64,000 nt of DNA from the NCBI GenBank assembly GCA_918797485.1, contig CAKKNE010000005.1, positions 4,836,001 through 4,900,000 of the forward strand, given 5' to 3'. This DNA is from Pelagomonas calceolata (taxonomy: Eukaryota). Positions 30,668 to 38,860 of this stretch are shown piece after piece. Position 1 is the first letter of the stretch. Each line of letters opens with the position of its first letter. The notes beneath the pieces are model-generated. The model did not search any database. It was not told where the DNA came from and saw nothing but the letters and a program-made list of their open reading frames with translations. The position numbers and the translations under genes are program-made.

Positions 30668-32134
30668 ATGGACACCAAGAAGCCGTCGAAGAAGCCCGCC
30701 AAGAAGCCGACCGCGGCCAAGGGCAGGCAGGGCCCGCGGCCGCCCGGCGGCGAAAAGCGCTGGGTCCGCGCCTGCCTCGAGCTCTGCGGGGGCAGCTTCG
30801 AGGCCCCGATCCGGTGCAAGACGTGGCGCGAGGCGTTCACGCGGCTCGAGGCCGCGCGCGCGGACTTCGTGCGGGACACGACGCGCAAGGCGGGGAGCTA
30901 CGAGGCCGACGCGCGCTGGGCGCCGCCGCCGACGCTCCCCTTCGGCGGCGAGACGTGGACGAGGCGGGAGCCGCCGGACGCCCTCCGCGTCGCCTTCGAG
31001 CGCTGCGGCCTGCTCTTCCCGGACCTGGTCGACGGCGCGGGCGACCCGCAGACGGACACCTTCCCGGTAGGGGTGGCGATTTACGATCGCGACTGGGACG
31101 CAGTCGAGGAGGACGACGGCGCCTGCTCCTACGTGCTGGGCAAGGCCGGCGCCGGGAACGCGGCCCTCGCGGAGTCGCTCTACAAGCTCGCGGCCGCGAC
31201 GGGCTCCAAGGCCCTCGAGACGCTCGAGGACGACGACGTGCATCAATTGGTTGGCAAGGTGCGCACAGTCCGGCAGCTCCTGGAGGCGGGCCCGTCGCCC
31301 GTGCTGGCGGACGCCTCGAGCAAGCTGCTCCGGGGGCGGTGCCTCGAGCTCATGGTGACGAAGGCGATCGCGGACTGCGACGCGTTCGTCGCGTTCTGCG
31401 CGTCGCGCCTGACGCCGGCCCAGGGGCTCAAGGTCGTGCGGGACGCCGTGCAGTCGCTGGGCTACAACGGGGACAGCCTGCGCGAGACGTGCGCGGACTG
31501 CGACGGCGCCGTGCGGCTCGCCGCGGTCGCGCCGGAGGACAACGACGGCGACGTGTACGTCGTCGGCGCGGACGCCGTGGCGCGGAAACTGCGGGAGGCC
31601 GCCGCCGCCGTCGCGGGCGGCGGCGTCCCGGAGTTTCCGCTGGCCTTCGCCGAGACGGACGTCGAGGCGTTCCTCAAGGATGTGCTGCGGCGGGAGGACG
31701 GGGCGCTGCGGGAGGCCATCCGCAGGGAGCTCCGGGCCGCCGAGGGCCTGCCCGAGCGACCGACGCCGCGGAAGGGCGCGCGCGTTTTGGCACCCTGGAC
31801 CGACGGCACGCTGTACGCGGCCAAGGTGACGGCGGTCGAGGGCGCGTCCGTGTCTCTCGTCTTCGACGACGGCGACACGCGCGACGGCGTCGCGTGGGCG
31901 GCCTGCGAGCTTCCGGACTTCCTCGACGACGACGCCGTCGATTCGGACGACGACGACGAATCCGACGGGAACGACGACGTCGTGCCCCTTGGGCTGTCGC
32001 TGAGCGACCGCATGAGCCTCTTCCCCGGCGCCGGGCTGAAGGACGGCTCCAACGACCACGAGGGCCACATGGCCTGCGTCTACGTCGCGCCGACGTGGGC
32101 GCTGCTCCTGCTCTACAAGACGGCGTCCTGCTGA
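30668..32134 (+). CDS. Hypothetical protein with Tudor-like domain
   Basis: GARVLAPWTDGTLYAAKVTAV..LVFDDGD. Confidence 0.7.
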   Translation: MDTKKPSKKPAKKPTAAKGRQGPRPPGGEKRWVRACLELCGGSFEAPIRCKTWREAFTRLEAARADFVRDTTRKAGSYEADARWAPPPTLPFGGETWTRREPPDALRVAFERCGLLFPDLVDGAGDPQTDTFPVGVAIYDRDWDAVEEDDGACSYVLGKAGAGNAALAESLYKLAAATGSKALETLEDDDVHQLVGKVRTVRQLLEAGPSPVLADASSKLLRGRCLELMVTKAIADCDAFVAFCASRLTPAQGLKVVRDAVQSLGYNGDSLRETCADCDGAVRLAAVAPEDNDGDVYVVGADAVARKLREAAAAVAGGGVPEFPLAFAETDVEAFLKDVLRREDGALREAIRRELRAAEGLPERPTPRKGARVLAPWTDGTLYAAKVTAVEGASVSLVFDDGDTRDGVAWAACELPDFLDDDAVDSDDDDESDGNDDVVPLGLSLSDRMSLFPGAGLKDGSNDHEGHMACVYVAPTWALLLLYKTASC

Positions 32135-32216
32135 ACGTCGAATTCCCTTCCCTCCCCCCGTTCAAGTTAGATTAATTCGAAGACCACCTTTACCTCTGAC
32201 TTAGGGCGAACTGGAG

Positions 32217-33191
32217 CTAGCCCCGGTCCTTGCGCTCCGCGTGGCCGCGCGACCGCGTCCGCGCGTCGGGCCAGCCCATGTACTCGTCGTCGTCGTCGTC
32301 GTTCGCGGCGCGGCGCGGGGCGCCGGCCCGCGAGTCGTCGTCGCGCGAGTCCTGGGGGGAGTCGCGCGGCGACCGGCGGCGAGCGGTTCGGCGCTCGGTC
32401 CGGCGCGACGGCGCCTCGTCCTCGTCGCGGCCGATGGCGAGGCGCCGCGGTGCCTCGTCCTCGTCGCCGCGGCGCCCGGAGCGGCGCGCCGAGGCCGGCG
32501 CCTCGGCTTCGTCGCCGCGCCGCCCGGAGCTCCGGCGCGACGCGTCCTCGCGGCGGCCGGACCGCGTCCGGCGCGGCGCCTCGGCCTCTTCCTCGCGGCG
32601 GCGCGAGGTGGAGGACCGCGACGGGTTGCGCGGCGCGGTGGCGACGTCGCCCGCCCGCCGCCGGTCGCCGCGGCGCACGGGCTTCCGCTCGTCGTCGGCC
32701 CCGCGGAGCCGCCGGCCCTGCGTGACGGGCCGCGGCCGGTCCTCCCCGAGCAGGCGGCTGTTCTCCTTGCCCGCGCCCTGCGCGAGGTCGCGCAGGAACT
32801 CCTTGTCGGAGGGCTCGAGCCGCACCAGCGCCTCGCCGTACTCCTCCCGGGCCTTCTCGTCGACGGCCGTGATGGGCTTGAGCTCGTCGCCGTCGAGGAC
32901 CATGAGCTCGCTGCCCGGGTTGAAGTCCTCCCCGTCCGCGGCGTCGCCGTCGGGCAGCGCGTCGCCGTCGACGGCCTCCGGCACGCGCAGTCGCGGCGGC
33001 TCCGGGACCTTGGGGCAGCCCGCGAACTTCGGGTGCGCCTCGAGCTCCTCGATGAGCTGCTGGTTCTCGTAGACTTGCGCGGCCATCTCGTGGATCTGCG
33101 CCATGAGCGCGCGGACCTCGGGGTCGTCCTCCTCGTCCGCCTCCGCCCGGCGCCGGGCGCTGGCGGGGCGCTTCTTCGGCTTGCCGAACAT
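32217..33191 (-). CDS. Hypothetical protein with Arg/Ser/Asp-rich low-complexity C-terminus
   Basis: ATG 33191 (MFGKPKK); coding-like N-terminal half. Confidence 0.6.
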   Translation of the reverse strand: MFGKPKKRPASARRRAEADEEDDPEVRALMAQIHEMAAQVYENQQLIEELEAHPKFAGCPKVPEPPRLRVPEAVDGDALPDGDAADGEDFNPGSELMVLDGDELKPITAVDEKAREEYGEALVRLEPSDKEFLRDLAQGAGKENSRLLGEDRPRPVTQGRRLRGADDERKPVRRGDRRRAGDVATAPRNPSRSSTSRRREEEAEAPRRTRSGRREDASRRSSGRRGDEAEAPASARRSGRRGDEDEAPRRLAIGRDEDEAPSRRTERRTARRRSPRDSPQDSRDDDSRAGAPRRAANDDDDDEYMGWPDARTRSRGHAERKDRG

Positions 33192-33534
33192 CGCGTGCGG
33201 CCGGCGCCGGCTCTGGCTCAGACAGACACGGTGTGTGCACACGCTGTGCGGCGACGCGCTAGCTGTGGTGGGCCGCGCGTGCCAAGCTGTGCGCTTAGGA
33301 CCGCACAATGCGGCCGTATGTGTAGAGACTGGCAGTCCGCGCGTCGACGGGCAGCCCAAAAAAGTTAAAATTGGCACACCGGCTGAACGCCAGCCCCGCA
33401 CTCACCGCCGGCGCGGCGCGCGGGATATTTCCTCGCTTCAAGGGACCGAGGCTCTTTCTTCCTCGGGGGGACAGTCATGCCTCGTATTTTTTTTTCTAGC
33501 AATCACAAAACTACATATTAAACTGAGAGGAGGG

Positions 33535-34710
33535 CTACCAGTCGTCGTCCTCGGACTCGTCCTCGTCCTCGTACTCATCCTCCTCCTCCTCCTCGTCGTA
33601 CTCGTCCTCGTCGTCCTCATCGTCTTCATCCTCATCGTATTCGTCCTCGTCCTCGTCGTCATATTCCTCGTCGTCGTCTTCGTCCTCGTCGTACTCGTCG
33701 TACTCTTCATCATCGTCGTCCTCCAGGTCCTCGTCGTCGTCGTAGTGATCACACTCGTCGTCGTCCTCCTCGTCCTCGTCATCGTCGTCGTAGTGATCAC
33801 ACTCGTCGTCGTCGTCGTCCTCCTCCTCCTCGACGTCATCTAGCTCCTCGTCCTCGTCCTCAGCAGCAGTGTCTTCGTCGTCCTCGTCGACTGCCTCCTG
33901 CGAGTCCTCGTCCTCGCCGTCGTAGGCCTCGTCCTCGTCCTCGTCGGATTCGTCGTCCGAGCCTTCCTCCTCCGCCGCGTCGGCGTCAGCATCCTCGTCC
34001 TCGTCCTCCTCGTCCTCGTCCTCGTCCTCCTCGTCGTCCTCGTCCTCGTCCTCGTCCCAGGCCGCACCGTCGTCGCCCGCGTCGCGCCGCATTGCCGCTC
34101 GCCGCAGCGACCCGCGCTCGGCCTTCAGCGCCTTGCCCCCGAAGATCGAGTCGACGTCCTTCGACGACGCCGCCGCCGCCGCGTACCTGCCGAGGCCCTC
34201 GCGCCGCAGGAACGCGTCCGACACGGAGGCGTACTTGTCGAAGGGCTTGTCGAGGAAGGCGTCGGCCTCGGCCGGCGCCAGCCCGTAGTAGCGGTGGCGC
34301 GCCTGGAACTCCTGCGACCGTGGGTCCGCGGCGCGCCGCTGGAACGCGCGTCGCACGTCGCGCCGGTCGGCGCCCGCGACCCAGTACGGCGCCAGCACGT
34401 CGGCGCAGAGCCGCTGCCAGCCGTAGCGGCTCGCGCACGCGAGCGGCGGCGCGTACGTGTCCAGCAGGTCCAGCATCTCGAAGCCCGTCAGCGCGGCGCG
34501 GCGGCCCGAGCCCGTCGCGAGGAGCCGCGCCGCGACGGCCTCGCGCGGCGGCCGGCGCCGCTGCGGCGGTGGTGGCGGTTGTGGCGGTTGTGGCGGCGGC
34601 GCGTCGGCGCCGCCGCGCAGCTTGAGCGGCACCGGCGCCGTCGCCCGCGGCCGCACGGCCGACAGGGGCGCGAGGAGCAGGCACGCAGCGATGAGTTTTT
34701 GCATGGTCAT
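33535..34710 (-). CDS. Secretory-pathway protein with a very long Asp/Glu tail
   Basis: Signal peptide plus LRGG motif; last ~170 aa almost entirely D/E with spaced Y and two ECDHY units. Confidence 0.75.
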   Translation of the reverse strand: MTMQKLIAACLLLAPLSAVRPRATAPVPLKLRGGADAPPPQPPQPPPPPQRRRPPREAVAARLLATGSGRRAALTGFEMLDLLDTYAPPLACASRYGWQRLCADVLAPYWVAGADRRDVRRAFQRRAADPRSQEFQARHRYYGLAPAEADAFLDKPFDKYASVSDAFLRREGLGRYAAAAASSKDVDSIFGGKALKAERGSLRRAAMRRDAGDDGAAWDEDEDEDDEEDEDEDEEDEDEDADADAAEEEGSDDESDEDEDEAYDGEDEDSQEAVDEDDEDTAAEDEDEELDDVEEEEDDDDDECDHYDDDDEDEEDDDECDHYDDDEDLEDDDDEEYDEYDEDEDDDEEYDDEDEDEYDEDEDDEDDEDEYDEEEEEDEYEDEDESEDDDW

Positions 34711-34726
34711 TTGTCTGGGCGCGTCG

Positions 34727-34788
34727 GCGAGCCTTCAAAAAATGCCGCGCGCGTTTGCGAGCGTTCAACAAATGCCGCGCGCGTTTGC
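34727..34788. repeat. 30-bp tandem duplication in the 5' region
   Basis: gcgagc(c/g)ttcaa(a/c)aaatgccgcgcgcgttt x2. Confidence 0.8.
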
Positions 34789-34962
34789 TGCAACAAGCTG
34801 TCCGTACGGGCTCCAGGTGTTTGAGCTTTGCAGCCACTTTGGAGCGCTGAGCGTAGCGCTGCCGCTCAAGTCTGAAAGGTGATTATATAATATTGCGTTC
34901 TTGACGCGATTGGGCGTGCATAAACCCGCTTTTAAGGCGTCGCGCTTCCGCAAAGATTGTGT

Positions 34963-34982
34963 CCTAGTGCCTTACCGCTAGC
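34963..34982. promoter_or_regulatory. Bipartite CTAG motif in a divergent promoter
   Basis: cctagtgccttaccgctagc. Confidence 0.55.
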
Positions 34983-35183
34983 AGCCGTGCTTGGGCTCAA
35001 GGTGTGTGTTAGCTAGGTCCTGCGTGGCTAGCGACGTCTGGAGATCGAGAAAACAATTGATCCTAACGCCACCACAGCCGTTGGGCATCACTAGCCATCC
35101 GCATCCATTTCACGCCAAGCAATTACCAGCGGACACCTCATCAGAGACGCCATCGACGCGAGCCCGAAGACGCATAGATCACA

Positions 35184-36143
35184 ATGAGACGAACAGCCAG
35201 GATAAGCGCCTTGCTCCTCTGCGCGGCGCACGCGCTCGTCGCGCCGCCCGCGCGGCGCTGCCGGCCGACCGCGCGGCGGGCCGACCGCGTCGAGGAGGTG
35301 CAGGAGGTGACGAGCGACGACCCGCTCGTCCAGCGCATCGCGGCCGAGGTCGCGGAGATCAACAACGGCGCGTCGATGGACGCGCTCCTCAACCCCGCGA
35401 AGCTTATTAATGTGGAGCGCGAGCTCATCGAGCTGCGGGCGCGGCGCGACGCCGGCGATTCTTCATCTGATCTGCTCAAGCAGATCGAGAAGAAGGAGAG
35501 CGTGGCCTACGTCGAGAAGCGCGCGGTCATGCGCGACTGGCTCAAGGCGCTGTTCCGCGGCCAGGCGTACGCGACGATCGGCCTGAGCTTCCTGCTGTCC
35601 TACGACCTCATCCCCTTCGTGGATTTGGATTTGAGCATCCGCGTGCTCGGCTTCTGGTCGTGGTGGCTCTTCACGGTGCCGTCCTTACGAAGCATCAAGC
35701 CGCTGCCCGCGCCGGAGAAGAAGGCGCTCGACGCGGCCTTCTTGGCCACGCTCGTCGCGTCGCTCGCGGCTCCTTTTGCAACCAAGGACCCGGGCGCCAT
35801 CTGGTGGGTCGACGCGGTAGTCGTCGGCGCGTGCTACGCGTACGGCTACCTCGCGCCCGAGTCCGCCGACAGCGACGACGACGACGTCTTCGACTCGAAG
35901 ACGGGCGTCGGCGGCGGCGCCTTCGGCCAGCAGCTCTGGCGCTCCGTCAAGTGGGCCGGGCGGGCCCTCGACTTCGGCGCGGGCCAGGAGCGCGGCGCGC
36001 GGTCCGACGAGGCGTCCGCCGTCGAGAAGGCCCTCGAGCGGACCGTCTCGCAGAAGGCGGAGCGCGTCGCCGCCGAGGACGACGAGGCCGGCGAGGAGGT
36101 CGCCGCCGACGGCTCAGGGACCTACGAGGGGTACGCGCCCTAG
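35184..36143 (+). CDS. Plastid membrane protein, RPH1-like
   Basis: Bipartite signal; WLFTVPSLR..EKKALD.AF..APFATKDPGAIWWVD..CYAY resembles plant RPH1. Confidence 0.65.
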   Translation: MRRTARISALLLCAAHALVAPPARRCRPTARRADRVEEVQEVTSDDPLVQRIAAEVAEINNGASMDALLNPAKLINVERELIELRARRDAGDSSSDLLKQIEKKESVAYVEKRAVMRDWLKALFRGQAYATIGLSFLLSYDLIPFVDLDLSIRVLGFWSWWLFTVPSLRSIKPLPAPEKKALDAAFLATLVASLAAPFATKDPGAIWWVDAVVVGACYAYGYLAPESADSDDDDVFDSKTGVGGGAFGQQLWRSVKWAGRALDFGAGQERGARSDEASAVEKALERTVSQKAERVAAEDDEAGEEVAADGSGTYEGYAP

Positions 36144-36202
36144 TGGGGGATATTAAGTGGTCTTCGAATTTATCATGATCCGCGGGCAACAAAGTACCCG
36201 CC

Positions 36203-36610
36203 TCACTTCTCGGCGGCGGCCGCTTTCGCGCGGCGCTCGGCCGCTTCGGCCGCGCGGCGCCGACGCGTCGCCGCGTCGACGACGGGCGCCGGTGCTGTCT
36301 GTTGTTCCGCCGGTCTCCGCGGCGCGGCCGTACCGGCGTCGCTGTCGTCCGGTCGCGGGCCGCCGCGCAGTTGGGCGTCGAACTGTTCGGCGGTGAACGT
36401 GCCCGCGATTCTTCGGCCGCCGTTGAATACGCTGTAGGCGGAGGTCTCACCATCCCACGCGTCTCTACCGAAGACGAACGGCGCGATTATCAGCAATAAT
36501 AAGGCACAAGGGCCGCCGAAGCCGCTCCTCGTCGCGTACGCCTGCAGCGCCACCGCCGCCGCCGCGATGGCGAGGTCTCGCTTCGACCACGCGTTTGCGG
36601 CGCGTACCAT
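36203..36610 (-). CDS. SAYSD1: SAYSvFN-domain protein
   Basis: TM hairpin then GETSAYSVFNGGRRIAGTFTAEQFDAQLR. Confidence 0.88.
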   Translation of the reverse strand: MVRAANAWSKRDLAIAAAAVALQAYATRSGFGGPCALLLLIIAPFVFGRDAWDGETSAYSVFNGGRRIAGTFTAEQFDAQLRGGPRPDDSDAGTAAPRRPAEQQTAPAPVVDAATRRRRAAEAAERRAKAAAAEK

Positions 36611-37370
36611 TATTGCTCTTGAGAGTCGTCGTCCGGGACGATGGTTGCGAAGTCGCCGAACAGGTTCGGGATCTTTGGCGGGTCCTTGCCGATGATATGT
36701 ACGAGTCCTGAGCGCTGCACTTTGCTCGAAACCGGCGGCGGCGTCACGAGGCGGCGTTGGCTGTTCACGGGAGTGTGAGGGTCAGAATCTTCGAACTGTA
36801 TTTGCCCAACGGGAGTGCTGTGAGACATCTGTGGAAGTCTCCGGAGGTGCTGCGAGTTTTGAGCTTGCGTTGGAAACAGTGCAAGTTCCACTGAGATGCT
36901 GCTGGTCGTCGCGGAGCCAAAAAAATGCTGTACACCGCTCACGGAGTATCCTGAGAGGGGATGAGCTGTCTGGAATTGCGCTACGGTGCCTTAAGTGGTC
37001 GTGTATGCCTGGCAAATGTTGCTCTGTTGCGGCTGATGTGGACGCAGGCGGCCGCAAACAATGGGCTGGAGGCATCCCACGGCACTCGTTGTGACCTGTG
37101 TAGATACCTCCTGGCCCCCGTTTTTGAATTTGGAGAATTAGGTCTCGGGTTTTCAAATGTGTGAAAACGCGGCATGCCGCTGTTTGAGTACCGTTCGGCT
37201 CGCGAATGGTCCAAAGAGATCAATGGGACACGTACTGAAGGCCGAAAAAATTAATTTTTTTAATTCGCGATATTGGCCGTCCCGCCATGACGGCCGCGCC
37301 GGCTGAATCCTGTCAATTCGTGGCCCGGAGGTCTCCCGGGGGTCGCTTTTGGTCGGTCATAGACGTGCGC

Positions 37371-37523
37371 AATCGCCTACGCCGCCTACGCTGCCGCTTC
37401 TAGAGTAAGATACATCTCCCATGGTCCTTTGCGCTATACCTCTATTGGCCATGATCCCCCAAAGTTTTCGATCCAGAGCTCTCTGGCGAGCCCCAAGAAT
37501 CGGCGCATGCGGCGTAGGCGACT
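37371..37523. repeat. MITE-like 23-bp imperfect inverted repeat in a lower-GC non-coding block
   Basis: Core tcgcctacgccgc (37373) / gcggcgtaggcga (37509); no TSD seen. Confidence 0.45.
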
Positions 37524-38482
37524 ATCCGACCTTAGATCTATCCCGGAGGACGTCCACGAGCCGATCTACCCCCGAAAAAAGTAAATAATTTGGGCCCGAT
37601 GGCGCCCCGTTCCCGTCAAAAACGTCAATTACCCGAGGGCCCCCAGTAGTCGCCGTAGCGGTCTCGTTGGACCCCATACTACCCCAGCGATAGTCAATTA
37701 CAAGTATATGACATCTACACCACGAGAAGGGTACTTTTGGCCGCCCACGCTCGGGACGTGAACATCTTGATCTGGACCTCGCGCAAGTCGGTCGATCATA
37801 GAACAAATGATCGCGTCATGGTCCATGGTGATGGTACACGGGCTGATGGTCGCCGGTCCAAGTGAAATGCCGAAATTAGCGAGATGTGGGGTCTCGAGAC
37901 CGACGAGCAGCCGGGAGCCTTCGGAACAGTAAATCAAATGTGTGACCACTCAGGCGGTTCGGATGGCCGGTCCTACAACTGAAGTGCCTAAAAAGCAAAT
38001 TTATTTTATAACTCACGGGTCTGGGGCCTTTCCGGTGCTCCGTCAACGTACCGTCGTCCGCGGAGAACGGGCAGGTCGGTCGATTGTGAATAGAACAACG
38101 GCGTTATGGTCCATCTGGATGGTGTCGTCGCTGATACTCGCGGGTCTAGGTTTTACGCGTGTCCTTAGGAAACGTGGGGTCGCGGATTCGTCGTTTCGCG
38201 CGGCTCTAACGGAGCACCTAAAATAGATGAGTAATTGTTCAATTGGCCTAGATGGACTCTACCACCAACAAACGGAAGGAAACGAACATAAACTCGGGAG
38301 TTGTCTAGTAGAATTCTTCTCCCGCCCTCCGAGCGCGCGCCGTCGGCTCCGGTTCCGTCGATTGTGTATGAAAACTGGGCTGGAGTTGATATAATGTGCC
38401 ATTTGGACGGTAGAAGGCGCCATCAATTGCTGGTGTATTTTGGCAAGCCGTAAGATTCATCCGCGAATGTCGCGAGCGGTGC

Positions 38483-38748
38483 CTTCCGGGAGGCGCGAGG
38501 GTACGTTCCCCGGCCGCTACTCTGAAATATTTGGTCTCGGCGAACGACTTGGATGTATTCTGAATTTGGGTCATTCTTTTGACGCTATCGAGGCGCATCT
38601 TTGAATTTTCTAGTGTGTCGTTTTACGCTAGGTAACTAGTGTCTTTTTACGCAGGTAAGGACGGTAGGCAATGTGTCGAGGCGGATCTGCGAATTGGCCA
38701 GCGGCTCGACGGAACTTCCGGGAGCCGCGAGGGTATGTTCCTCGGCCG
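38483..38748. repeat. 34-bp imperfect direct repeat
   Basis: cttccgggagNcgcgagggtaNgttccNcggccg at 38483 and 38715 (31/34). Confidence 0.75.
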
Positions 38749-38860
38749 TTTCGAGCGAAGAGTACGTCTATCGACGCGCCCCAAGTAGTGTTCTTCATTT
38801 GGTTATAATTATATGGACAGACAGACCCGTGCGGGGGGGAGGGTCAAGGGGGGAAACAGG

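Noticed and set aside
33438..33843. Poly-Thr ORF and poly-Val/Leu 'membrane' ORF
   Set aside because: Alternative frame and antisense reading of the GAC/GAG acidic tract.
36950..38860. Autonomous transposase for the introners
   Set aside because: No long ORF, DDE motif or introner TIR is visible in this block.
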